A stretch of DNA of 40,601 nt from a virus. The notes beneath the pieces are model-generated. The model was not told where the DNA came from. It searched no databases and was given only the letters and a program-made list of their open reading frames with translations. Below are positions 16,110 to 25,483 of the stretch, piece by piece. The stretch lies in the IMG/VR virus record IMGVR_UViG_3300045988_091682; one strand, 5' to 3'. A program made the translations under genes and the position numbers. How positions within the stretch are numbered: the stretch's first letter is position 1; each line of letters starts with the position of its first letter.

Positions 16110-16327
16110 ATAACAAAGCTATTGCCCCGGAAACTACCGTACAGGAACGGTGTGCCATCTGCGGCCGCCCGAGGATTTACAAATACGACGGTTATTGTCG
16201 TCCCATCTGCGAACGATGCGCCAACGGAGGTGGCAGGACATACGTTCGAAGCGGAGAGAAGATTGGCCGCAACGAACCGTGCCCATGCGGTAGTGGTTTG
16301 AAATACAAGAAATGTTGCGGCAAATGA
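16106..16327 (+). CDS. SEC-C motif metal-binding protein
   Basis: 73 aa with C-terminal [17 protein letters not shown]. Confidence 0.65.
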   Translation: MNNKAIAPETTVQERCAICGRPRIYKYDGYCRPICERCANGGGRTYVRSGEKIGRNEPCPCGSGLKYKKCCGK

Positions 16328-16361
16328 ATGCCGCCCTTAATAACTCAAAACCAAAATAAAG

Positions 16362-16664
16362 ATGGACAAAAAACAAACGACCGCGACTTGCCCCAAATGT
16401 GGGGAAGAAATTGTGCAGTGCGAAAACTGCGAGAATATGGGCTGCCCCGATTGCGACGGGTTTGTAGTTACCCGCGACGACGTGATTCTGTGCCCGGAAT
16501 GTGCCGCCGCTTGCAAGGAGGACTGCGACAAGATGCGCGCTGTCGGTTGCGGTAGTTGCGCCCTTTTCGCTGACGAAGACGACGAGGGGCAGGGTTGGTG
16601 CGAACTGCATCAGGAATCCGTGTGCTTCATTGATAAATGCAGCGACCGAATTTCGAAAGTCTGA
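16362..16664 (+). CDS. Cys-rich zinc-ribbon-like protein
   Basis: 100 aa with multiple CxxC pairs (CPKC, CENC, CPDC, CPEC). Confidence 0.55.
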   Translation: MDKKQTTATCPKCGEEIVQCENCENMGCPDCDGFVVTRDDVILCPECAAACKEDCDKMRAVGCGSCALFADEDDEGQGWCELHQESVCFIDKCSDRISKV

Positions 16665-16685
16665 TCGCTGATAAAATCTTACCCG

Positions 16686-16723
16686 AAAGCGTGTATTATT
16701 TACACGCTTTTTACATATCTTTG
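16686..16723 (+). terminator. Hairpin terminator plus -7 box cassette, copy A
   Basis: Stem aaagcgtgta / tacacgcttt, loop ttatt, then a T-run, then TATCTTTG (16716..16723). Copy B at 28614..28651 has an identical stem. Confidence 0.6.
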
Positions 16724-16760
16724 TGCTGGTAACCAATACAGAGTAAACGCAACCGGGCCT

Positions 16761-17693
16761 ATGAAAATTCCGCAAACTATCGAAATGCAGGTTGGCGCGC
16801 TCAATGCCAGCGAGCACAACCCGCGACAAATCACCGAAGACGATTTCGCCGAACTGGTCAAATCCCTGCTACTGCTGCCGAAAGGCTTGTATTACCGCCC
16901 CGTCGTCGTGGACGACCGGAATATCGCCCTTGCCGGAAATATGCGCCTGCGGGCGCTGAAATACATTCACGAACTCGGATTCGACGACCTCGCAGAAATC
17001 TTGCGGGCGTCGTATCGGTTCCGGCATTTCGACGAGGCGAAACAATCCGCGCTGCTGAACTACTGGCGCGAATGGCAGATGCACCCGACCGTGCCGACGC
17101 TTTACGCCTCGGAACTCGACGAAGACGAGCAACAGCAGTTCATCATCAAAGACAACCTATCGTTCGGCACGTTCGATATTGACATGTTGGCAAACGAGTA
17201 CGACATCGCGGCGATCATCGACGATGGTTTCGACATCGACCTGCTCCCAAAATCGGCCATCGAGGCGTTGGCCGCGGCAAATGGTATCGACCCTAACGAT
17301 ATAACAGGGCGACGCTGTGGCGGCGACGGGGAAGCCGACGAGCACTACACGCACAAAATCACGTCGCCCGTCTACGAGCCGAAGAACGAAAAACCGGACT
17401 TATCGACGCTGACCGACAGCGGCCGAACCGACGAACTGCTGGCAAAGATCGAAGCGTCGAACGTATCGCCCGACGAAAAAGAGTTTCTGCGGCAGGCTGC
17501 CGCACGACATACGGTGTTCGATTACGCCAAGATCGCCGACTACTACGCACACGCCTCGAAAGAAATGCAGGAGCTTATGGAAGATTCGGCGCTGGTCATT
17601 ATCGACTTCGGCAAAGCCATCGAAAAGGGCTACATCCGATTGTCGGACGAAATACGAAACGAATACACACGGGAGTATGGCAATGAGGCATAA
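16761..17693 (+). CDS. ParB N-terminal (ParB/Srx-like) domain protein
   Basis: 310 aa. NASEHNPRQI and ALAGNMRLRAL correspond to the ParB-box motifs. Confidence 0.6.
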   Translation: MKIPQTIEMQVGALNASEHNPRQITEDDFAELVKSLLLLPKGLYYRPVVVDDRNIALAGNMRLRALKYIHELGFDDLAEILRASYRFRHFDEAKQSALLNYWREWQMHPTVPTLYASELDEDEQQQFIIKDNLSFGTFDIDMLANEYDIAAIIDDGFDIDLLPKSAIEALAAANGIDPNDITGRRCGGDGEADEHYTHKITSPVYEPKNEKPDLSTLTDSGRTDELLAKIEASNVSPDEKEFLRQAAARHTVFDYAKIADYYAHASKEMQELMEDSALVIIDFGKAIEKGYIRLSDEIRNEYTREYGNEA

Positions 17694-18564
17694 CGGGTTC
17701 GTTGCGTTCATTCTGACGCACGGACGCCCCGACCGGGTGCTGACCTACGAGAAACTGCGCAAACACGGGTACACGGGGAAAATATACATCGTCTGCGACG
17801 ACGAAGACAAGACGCTGCCGGAGTATCGCAAACGCTTCGGCGACGTGCTCGTCTTTTCCAAATCGGAGATCGCAAAGACATTCGACGAGGGCGACAATTT
17901 CGGCGACCGCCGGGCAATCATCTACGCCCGTAACGCCTGTTTCGAGCTGGCCCGGCAGATCGGGGCGACGCATTTCATCGAGCTGGACGACGACTACACG
18001 TATTTCAAATTCCGGTTCGACGCCCAGCTACGCTGGCACGGCGCAGACGTCCAAGACCTCGACGCGGTATTCGACATGCTGCTCGACTATTTCAATTCCG
18101 CTCCAATGCTGACCCTTGCAATCGGACAAGGCGGCGATTATATCGGCGGCGAAAAGGCGACGAGATTCAACGACGGAATACAGCCGATGCGCAAGGCCAT
18201 GAACTCGTTCATCTGCTCCGTCGACCGACCGTTTCAATTCATCGGCCGTATCAACGAAGACGTCAATACCTACGTCCTGCTGGGGTCGCGGGGGGGGGTA
18301 TTTCTGTCTATCCTACAAATCGGCCTCGACCAACTCGAAACGCAGAGCAACAGCGGCGGTATGACGGAATTATACTTGGACGCGGGCACGTATGTAAAGA
18401 GTTTTTACACGGTCATGTATTGTCCGTCATGCGTGGTTGTTTCGGCAATGGGAACCGCCCATCGGCGGCTGCATCATCACATCAAATGGCGGTACGCCGT
18501 GCCGAAGATACTGCACGAATCGGTAAAAAAAGTAACGACCAATGGCATCACACCCAAGCAATAA
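17677..18564 (+). CDS. Putative GT-A-fold glycosyltransferase-like protein
   Basis: 295 aa. An N-terminal beta-alpha start (FVAFILTHGRPDRV) and a DxD-like motif (FIELDDDYTYF) are present. The G9 tract at 18290..18298 is in frame (SRGGV). The assignment is tentative. Confidence 0.4.
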   Translation: MAMRHNGFVAFILTHGRPDRVLTYEKLRKHGYTGKIYIVCDDEDKTLPEYRKRFGDVLVFSKSEIAKTFDEGDNFGDRRAIIYARNACFELARQIGATHFIELDDDYTYFKFRFDAQLRWHGADVQDLDAVFDMLLDYFNSAPMLTLAIGQGGDYIGGEKATRFNDGIQPMRKAMNSFICSVDRPFQFIGRINEDVNTYVLLGSRGGVFLSILQIGLDQLETQSNSGGMTELYLDAGTYVKSFYTVMYCPSCVVVSAMGTAHRRLHHHIKWRYAVPKILHESVKKVTTNGITPKQ

Positions 18565-19186
18565 CAAATCGGCGAAAGACCGCCGGAATGCCCGTCTGCC
18601 GCTCGTGTCGCATCTGCGCCTCGAACGGCGGATGCCGTTTCGTCAGATAGCCGCAGAGGTCGAACGGCAGTTGGGGTATTCGGTAACGCCGAAGACGATC
18701 AAGACCGATTGGGATTTGCTCGTCAGCGAATGGCGGGCCGAAGCCGCGAGCAACACACAGCAGGCGTGCGACGAGGCGCTGATGGAGTGCGACCGCGCTA
18801 TTGCGGAGCTATGGCGGCTGTACGAAGCCAGCAAGCAGAAACGAGTTGTCAAGCGGGCAAAGGTTCGCACGGCACTCGTCGATATAAACACGTTCGGAAA
18901 CCCTGTCGTCGGCAAGCCTCTCGACGCCCCCGTTCCGCTCGAATCGGAAACGTCGAGTGTCACGGAGGAACCCGTCGGCGACGTGCGAATCCTCGCCGAA
19001 ATCCGCAAATGGGAGGAACGCCGCGACAAACTGCTCGGCCTCGACAAGGTACAGGTCGACATCACATCGGGCGGAAAGGAATTCAAGGGCTTTTCGTCGG
19101 TGCTACCCGTCATGCCGGGCATCGACGAAATCGTCCGCCGTATCGACGAGGAGCGCGAACGGAAACTATCGGAAGAAGACGAATAA
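18542..19186 (+). CDS. terS: Putative terminase small subunit
   Basis: 214 aa. There is an HTH-like N-terminus (RMPFRQIAAEVERQLGYSVTPKTI) and a coiled coil. The gene lies immediately upstream of the large terminase subunit. Confidence 0.55.
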   Translation: MASHPSNNKSAKDRRNARLPLVSHLRLERRMPFRQIAAEVERQLGYSVTPKTIKTDWDLLVSEWRAEAASNTQQACDEALMECDRAIAELWRLYEASKQKRVVKRAKVRTALVDINTFGNPVVGKPLDAPVPLESETSSVTEEPVGDVRILAEIRKWEERRDKLLGLDKVQVDITSGGKEFKGFSSVLPVMPGIDEIVRRIDEERERKLSEEDE

Positions 19187-19189
19187 CGC

Positions 19190-20542
19190 ATGTTTACCGA
19201 CGGACTACAACAGCGCGAGGAACAGCAACGCGTCAACTACAAACAGTTGCTTGCCTACCGCCACTTGGCCGACCCACGAATCCGATACGTCGTCTATGGC
19301 GGCGCAGCGGGTGGCGGCAAATCGTGGCTGGGGTGCGACTGGCTTATGCGTTGCTGCTGGGCGTTCCCGAAAACGCGCTGGTTCGTCGGCCGAAACAACA
19401 TCAAGGACAGCCGCGAATCCGTGCTGGTCACGTTCGGCAAGGTCGCCGATTCCTACGGGTTCACGGACTACCGGATAACAGACGACGGCATCAAGTTTAC
19501 GAACGGGTCGGAAATCGTACTGCTCGACTTGACATTCTATCCGCAGAAAGACCCGATGTTCGAGCGGTTGGGGTCGAAAGAGTTTACAGGTGGTTGGATA
19601 GAGGAGGCCGGAGAGGTTCATTATATGGCCTACGAGGTGCTGAAATCCCGAATCGGGCGGCATCTCAACGAGGAATACGGACTGGAAGCGAAGATGCTCA
19701 TAACCTGTAACCCGAAAAAGAATTGGCTGTATAAGCATTTCTACAAACCGCATATCGACGGAACGTTACCGAAAGACTGCGCATTCGTTCAGGCGTTGGT
19801 CTACGACAACCCGTTTATCACGCCCGATTACATTCGAACGCTCGAATCAATCGGCGTCAAGTCGATTCGGCTACGTCTACTGCTCGGCAAATGGGAATAC
19901 GAGAGCAACGCAAACCAACTCGCCGACTACGACGCCATCCTCGACTGCTTCACGAACGAGCGGCAGACGGGCGACGGCGTGCGGCGTATCAGCGCCGACC
20001 TTGCCATGAAAGGCCGTGACCGCTTTGTCGCGTTCAACTGGACGGGAATGGCCGCTAAACTCGCTATCGACAAACCGTACAGCACGGGCAAGGAGATCGA
20101 AACCGACCTGCGCGACGAATCGAGGCGGCACGGCGTCCGGCGCTCTAACATCATCGCCGATTCTGACGGGCTGGGGCAGTACCTCGATTCGTATTTGGAG
20201 GGCATCAAGACGTTTCACGGAGGAGCGCCCGCGCCGGATAACACGTATTTCAACCTCAAATCGCAATGCGCGTTCAAACTGGCGGAGGTTATCAATGCAG
20301 GGCTGCTCTACATCGACTGCCCGGAAGAACTACAATCGACCATTGCCGAAGAGCTGGAAGCCTGCCTTGTCGCCCGCGACGTCGACGCCGATACGAGCAA
20401 GAAACGAATCATCGACAAACGAGAGATGAAAGCCGTACTTGGTCGGTCGCCCGACTATTTCGACCCGCTGATGATGCGCATGTACTACGAAATCGTCCCG
20501 CAGCCGAAAGGTATGCGCGTCCACGTCGGGCGGCTTTCGTGA
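19190..20542 (+). CDS. terL: Terminase large subunit
   Basis: 450 aa. Features are Walker A GGAAGGGKSW, a Walker B-like GGWIEEAGE, and a C-terminal nuclease-like region. Confidence 0.8.
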   Translation: MFTDGLQQREEQQRVNYKQLLAYRHLADPRIRYVVYGGAAGGGKSWLGCDWLMRCCWAFPKTRWFVGRNNIKDSRESVLVTFGKVADSYGFTDYRITDDGIKFTNGSEIVLLDLTFYPQKDPMFERLGSKEFTGGWIEEAGEVHYMAYEVLKSRIGRHLNEEYGLEAKMLITCNPKKNWLYKHFYKPHIDGTLPKDCAFVQALVYDNPFITPDYIRTLESIGVKSIRLRLLLGKWEYESNANQLADYDAILDCFTNERQTGDGVRRISADLAMKGRDRFVAFNWTGMAAKLAIDKPYSTGKEIETDLRDESRRHGVRRSNIIADSDGLGQYLDSYLEGIKTFHGGAPAPDNTYFNLKSQCAFKLAEVINAGLLYIDCPEELQSTIAEELEACLVARDVDADTSKKRIIDKREMKAVLGRSPDYFDPLMMRMYYEIVPQPKGMRVHVGRLS

Positions 20543-20633
20543 AAAGCTGTTTTTAGGCTGTTTCTGCTGGTAAAATTTGAAAGACAAATAAACTACCGCC
20601 CCGGCGGCAAAAGTGGATTAAACAGGAAAACTG

Positions 20634-21185
20634 ATGAAAATAACAATCAAGAAACGGACGACCCGGCAGGTGCTCGCTATCGAACGAGTACTGACGCCCG
20701 AATCGCGTGCAGCATTGCAAACCCTGCCGAAGCCAGACAAAGTATGCGGCGTGCGCACGCCGCGAAACCTCAACGATCTAACTATCGGCGATCTGTTCAG
20801 CTTGCAGGCAGACGGGACGCACGCCCTTATAGAGCGAATCGCGTCCGTCATTCTCAAAGTACATCCCCGGCGCTGCTACAACGAACGGGCAGACAAAATG
20901 CTCGGTTTTGTCTTTTGGGTCGGGCGAGAATTGGAGCGCATCGCAGCGTTGTTCGCAAGCACAAGCAACCAGCCGACGCCCGAAGAGATCAAAGCCGGAA
21001 TAAACGACCTTGATTTCGGGCCGTTCGGCATCATCGACTGGTACGCCCACCGACAGGGCTACCAAGACCAAGACGACGCCGCAAAGGTGGCATGGGTGCG
21101 CGTCTGCGAGTGTATGCGAATCGACAACGAGCGGATTGCCTTTGAACGGCGCTTGCGCGAAATAATGGCCAACAAAAACAAATAG
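20634..21185 (+). CDS. Hypothetical protein
   Basis: 183-aa ORF. Confidence 0.6.
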   Translation: MKITIKKRTTRQVLAIERVLTPESRAALQTLPKPDKVCGVRTPRNLNDLTIGDLFSLQADGTHALIERIASVILKVHPRRCYNERADKMLGFVFWVGRELERIAALFASTSNQPTPEEIKAGINDLDFGPFGIIDWYAHRQGYQDQDDAAKVAWVRVCECMRIDNERIAFERRLREIMANKNK

Positions 21186-21189
21186 ACCT

Positions 21190-21678
21190 ATGGAAAAACA
21201 GACAGTCGAAAACAAAGTCAAGGAGATCGCCGAGGCGATGGGCCTTACCTATCTGTGCGAATCGTGGTTCCGCGCCAATCAAGCGTTCGACCGATTCCGG
21301 CGTCAAGGAGAGAGCCGCGAGGTTACGCACCCCGACGGCCTCACGCTGCCCGCCTGCCTCTACGTACAACCCGTGGCGGGTTTTCTGAATTTCACGTCGC
21401 AGGGCTTCGTGCGCGACGCTCCGTCCTGCCTTATCTCCTTTGCCGACGCTATGCCGCTCGACTACAAAGGAGCCGATGCGCAGGAGATCGCCGAGCGGCT
21501 GAAAGGTCTTGCCGTGCGATTCATCGTCGCCGTAAACGAAAGCGGCTTTTTCGTTCCGGTCGCCGGGCAAATCAATTACCGCGTCGCGTTCGACAAGATG
21601 GACGCAAACCTATGTATCGTAACGCTGTCGCTGACACTCCAAGAACAGGCGGGCGTCTGCTTCGATTACGGCTTGTAG
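21190..21678 (+). CDS. Hypothetical protein
   Basis: 162-aa ORF. Confidence 0.6.
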   Translation: MEKQTVENKVKEIAEAMGLTYLCESWFRANQAFDRFRRQGESREVTHPDGLTLPACLYVQPVAGFLNFTSQGFVRDAPSCLISFADAMPLDYKGADAQEIAERLKGLAVRFIVAVNESGFFVPVAGQINYRVAFDKMDANLCIVTLSLTLQEQAGVCFDYGL

Positions 21679-21680
21679 CT

Positions 21681-22184
21681 ATGGACGTACAAAGAATAGA
21701 ACTCGAAGCCGACCGAATCGTCGCCGAAGAACTCGACCGGGCACGGCAGAAAATTATCGAGAACCACGTCGCCGCGGGACAACGGACGACGGGCACAACC
21801 GCCGACAGCATCACAATAGCCGTAACGACCAATGGCGGCGTAACCACGGGGACGATGGACGCCCGCCCATATTTTGCAGCACTCGAAACCGGCACGCAAC
21901 CGTGGCAGTCGCAACATTTTCGCCGACGCCGCGACGGGTCGGTCTATCCGTCCGCCCCGAAATGGTTTATCGACATCATCGCGGACTGGGCCGCAACAAA
22001 GGGTGTAGATATTTCAGCGTGGGGAGCAGCGACCAAAATAATGACGGAGGGGTCGGCCCTATTCCGTAACGGCGGCCGCGAAGACATCTTCACGCCCGAA
22101 ATAGCGGCCCTATCCGACCGCATCGCCGATAGGCTGGCGGGGCTTTTCGATGCACAGATCGTCGAATCAATTTTAAGACAATAG
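21681..22184 (+). CDS. Hypothetical virion protein (possibly HK97 gp10-like)
   Basis: An internal ATG gives MDVQRIELEADRI.... ARPYFAALETGTQPW resembles the YAxxVExGT motif. The assignment is weak. Confidence 0.5.
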   Translation: MDVQRIELEADRIVAEELDRARQKIIENHVAAGQRTTGTTADSITIAVTTNGGVTTGTMDARPYFAALETGTQPWQSQHFRRRRDGSVYPSAPKWFIDIIADWAATKGVDISAWGAATKIMTEGSALFRNGGREDIFTPEIAALSDRIADRLAGLFDAQIVESILRQ

Positions 22185-22187
22185 ACC

Positions 22188-23306
22188 ATGAGCAGAACAT
22201 TTACACACAGCAGCACGGGAACAGTAGTCGAATATCCCAATGCAACGCATTTCGCATTCGTCCCGGCGATTTTCAAAATCACGAAAATTCCCACAACGTA
22301 TGACAAATTAGAAATGGTCTTAACCGACCGCCAAGCGCAGCAATCGTACAGCGAAGAGCGCGAGCCGCTCAATGGGGCCGCATATTTCGATGTACGGCGG
22401 TATCTGCAACTGTTGTTCAATAACGTTGCGCAGGGAGTGATTGATTACAGCAAGGCGTTCGTCGATTCCCCGCTGAAAAAGAATATCTACGCTACGATAT
22501 ACTGGTATCGCAACGGCAGTCAATTCTATCTCGGCACGTTTGGGATAGACGCTATTTGGGGCACAATATCCGCCCGCGAATCATCCGGCGGCATCATGCG
22601 TCGCAAATGGTTCGTCCGCTATCCGTTTACGGTTGATGTCTTCGCCAAGAACGGAACATCGTTCGACGTGCTGATCGACGGTAAACAGTCCGACATCATG
22701 TTTTACAACCACAACGAGGACGCGGAAGGTGCGACCCCATACCACCGCTACCTGCTGAATCCGGCAAGAGTGATCGACCCCTCGACCGTCGCCCGTTCGG
22801 TGCATATCGCCGTACCGCATAGCCTCGTGCTGAAAAACGACGAGGAGGCTGTCGGCATGGTTGGCTATACACTCGACATAGACCGGAGCGCAAACGGTGT
22901 CTATCTGCGCTGGATAGACCAACAGGGGCGCTATTGTTACTACCTGTTCAAGGAGATCGGCAGCGCGTCGACCGTTTCGACATCCTCGACATGGGAGCGT
23001 AACGATATGAATGTCCCGACCGCTTACATAGACGGCGTGAATATCGAAACGTCAGTCCGGCAAAGCCTATCCCGGAAAAAGACCCGTTCGCTGGGAGCAA
23101 AGTTGGTCGATTCCGAAACGTATGATTTCCTGCTCACACTCGCGCAGTCGGTCGTCGTGGATGTTTTCGACGGATACGACGCCAACGACGCGCCGCTGTG
23201 GCACCGCGTCAATATCGTTGCTGGCAGCTACGAGAAGACGACGAAGCATTACCAAGATTTTATTTTCTCAATCGAGGAACCTGCGCAGAGCGCACAAATG
23301 CTGTAA
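22188..23306 (+). CDS. Hypothetical structural protein
   Basis: 372-aa ORF in the virion module. Confidence 0.6.
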   Translation: MSRTFTHSSTGTVVEYPNATHFAFVPAIFKITKIPTTYDKLEMVLTDRQAQQSYSEEREPLNGAAYFDVRRYLQLLFNNVAQGVIDYSKAFVDSPLKKNIYATIYWYRNGSQFYLGTFGIDAIWGTISARESSGGIMRRKWFVRYPFTVDVFAKNGTSFDVLIDGKQSDIMFYNHNEDAEGATPYHRYLLNPARVIDPSTVARSVHIAVPHSLVLKNDEEAVGMVGYTLDIDRSANGVYLRWIDQQGRYCYYLFKEIGSASTVSTSSTWERNDMNVPTAYIDGVNIETSVRQSLSRKKTRSLGAKLVDSETYDFLLTLAQSVVVDVFDGYDANDAPLWHRVNIVAGSYEKTTKHYQDFIFSIEEPAQSAQML

Positions 23307-23308
23307 CC

Positions 23309-25480
23309 ATGACGGAGGGATTATATATCAACGGCGAGGCCGTCGACCTTAAACCGGATGCGGCGACGACCCTCAACTACAAGTCTAACCTGCTCGGCGA
23401 CATATCGAAAATTACGTCGTCGAATTCGCAGACGATTCAATGCCCGAAGACAACACGCAACCGAAAGATATTCGACAATCCGGGGGCGCCCGCCTATGTG
23501 TCCGATAAGCGATACAACCGATATTCGGCCCGCCTTGTTCGGAATGGAATCGAGGTCGTCCGCGTCGGATATGCCGTGCTACTATCTTCGTCTGAAACCT
23601 ACGAAATCGCGCTTTATTGGGGCGTGATGGCAAACTTTCAAACGTGGGTCGACAAAGCGGCCAAGTTGAACGAGTTGACCGGAACCGAAGCGCTGGCGTG
23701 GAATGCAAATACCACACCGACGACCCTGTCGCAAATGAAATCCACCGGATACGGATTTGCAAAATACAACTGCGGCGTGTCGAATGCCAACCTTGCCAAT
23801 TTCCACCCCAGCGCTACCGCATGGTGGATTCTCGACAAGATAACCAAGCAGGCCGGATTCACGTTCGAAATGCCGAGCAAGTACGCCAGCGCATTGCGAA
23901 CGATAGCGATTCCATGCTTGAGCCGAAACGCATCAGACGCAAGCAATGAGGCGGAGGCCACGGTATCTATATATCCATTCATAACGTACAGCAACGGCTT
24001 TTGGGGATATTCTATCGCGGGCAATAACGGGACAGATAGACACGGTGTTTTCGACCCGGATGATAATACCAAAATCCGTAAGGTCGACAACGCAACAAAG
24101 GTGATTATATCCATTGTAAACCGATCGGGGGCACAGTTGGGAATGGTTCTATATTCCAATAGCTCCAACGGATTCCCCAGCCGCGTATATATCCGAGCGA
24201 CACGATACAGCGACCGCGACGAAACAACGACGCAAATAGCCGTCAGTATCAGGTCATCGTCGGTATCGTCGTCAACAGGAACGTATGCGTATCAAAAAAC
24301 GTATTATTTCGCCGACATTGAAGAGGAAATCACGTGGGGAGAATATGACTACCTGCGCCTGTTTCCACATAACGGGACATCGGTAATTTCCGGTTCGAGA
24401 TTGGGAAATACCAAACTTACGATTACGGAAGACTTCGAAAATATCATCTATCCGAGTTTATTTCCGATACCTCAAAACCTGCCCGAAATCTCGCAAATCG
24501 ACTTCATCAAGGCGATCTGCGGAATGTTCGGCATCTTTGCCGTACCCGACCCTACAAACGTCAATAATCTGAAATTCGTATCGCTCGACACCTTACAGGA
24601 GAACAAAGCGCAGGCGTGCGATTGGTCGGATAAATTCGTCCGAAGCAATGACGACGAGCCGAAGACCACGGAATACAAAATCAACGACTACTGCCGCAAC
24701 AACTATTTCAAGTACAAAGAAGACGATACGGTTTTCACGAATGCCGACGGCAATCTGAAAATCGACAGCGAGATTTTAGACGCCGAAAAGACCGTTATAA
24801 CATTGCCTTTCGCTCCATCGGACGGCTCGACGATACGGCACTACGAACTGAACGATGACGGAACAGCCGTCGACACCGTACAAGTCAAAGACCGGATTAT
24901 GCGCCTTATCAGCGACGGTTCCGGGCTGGCTATGCTTGCATTCGACGACCTCGATTTCACGACCTTGCTATCGAAATACTATTCCACCCTATCGCGTCTG
25001 CTCAACAGCGCAATAACCATTACGGAGCAGATCATGTTGGACGAATACGATTTGAAATCGCTGGACTATTCAATCCCGTTCTACCTGCGCCAATATGGGA
25101 AATTCTACGGCATCGTCAGCATCCAGTCGACAGCGAATAAAGCCTGCGAGGTCAAGGCCGTACAGTTGCCGGAAACGGTTGTCCAAGAACCGGAACGCCC
25201 ATCGCAAACGGTTGCTATTGGCTGGCAATGGGAAGATGCCGCCATTTACATAACGGCCAGCGCTGCGCCTGCGTCAGACCTCGATGTCGTAATAACCCTT
25301 TACACGTATGACGGCGTTTCCCTCGGGCCGGAAACAATTATCTTTCCTGCCGGGCAAGTGAAAGTGATAGGCCCGACGATTACGCGAATAGTCGGCGGAA
25401 TCGAAATAAACTCCATTACCCCGGAATATGACGACACGTATAGCTACATCATCGCAGAACAAACCACGAAAAACGCATAA
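23309..25480 (+). CDS. Large structural protein (putative tail or host-interaction component)
   Basis: The start is set at MTEGLYINGEAV (723 aa). It lies directly upstream of the tape measure gene. Confidence 0.55.
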   Translation: MTEGLYINGEAVDLKPDAATTLNYKSNLLGDISKITSSNSQTIQCPKTTRNRKIFDNPGAPAYVSDKRYNRYSARLVRNGIEVVRVGYAVLLSSSETYEIALYWGVMANFQTWVDKAAKLNELTGTEALAWNANTTPTTLSQMKSTGYGFAKYNCGVSNANLANFHPSATAWWILDKITKQAGFTFEMPSKYASALRTIAIPCLSRNASDASNEAEATVSIYPFITYSNGFWGYSIAGNNGTDRHGVFDPDDNTKIRKVDNATKVIISIVNRSGAQLGMVLYSNSSNGFPSRVYIRATRYSDRDETTTQIAVSIRSSSVSSSTGTYAYQKTYYFADIEEEITWGEYDYLRLFPHNGTSVISGSRLGNTKLTITEDFENIIYPSLFPIPQNLPEISQIDFIKAICGMFGIFAVPDPTNVNNLKFVSLDTLQENKAQACDWSDKFVRSNDDEPKTTEYKINDYCRNNYFKYKEDDTVFTNADGNLKIDSEILDAEKTVITLPFAPSDGSTIRHYELNDDGTAVDTVQVKDRIMRLISDGSGLAMLAFDDLDFTTLLSKYYSTLSRLLNSAITITEQIMLDEYDLKSLDYSIPFYLRQYGKFYGIVSIQSTANKACEVKAVQLPETVVQEPERPSQTVAIGWQWEDAAIYITASAAPASDLDVVITLYTYDGVSLGPETIIFPAGQVKVIGPTITRIVGGIEINSITPEYDDTYSYIIAEQTTKNA

Positions 25481-25483
25481 CAA

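Noticed and set aside
18709-19710. Long alternative-frame + strand ORFs: 18709..19710, 30171..30986, 13535..14269 and 34472..34963
   Set aside because: Their translations are extremely Arg/Pro/Thr-rich. They overlap terS/terL, the capsid gene, the PAPS-reductase-like gene and the fibre gene in another frame, so they are off-frame artefacts.
20634-25480. Search for a programmed -1 frameshift pair of tail-assembly chaperones upstream of the tape measure gene
   Set aside because: The gene directly upstream of the tape measure is a 723-aa ORF. No overlapping pair of small ORFs with a slippery heptamer was seen, so no such feature is claimed.
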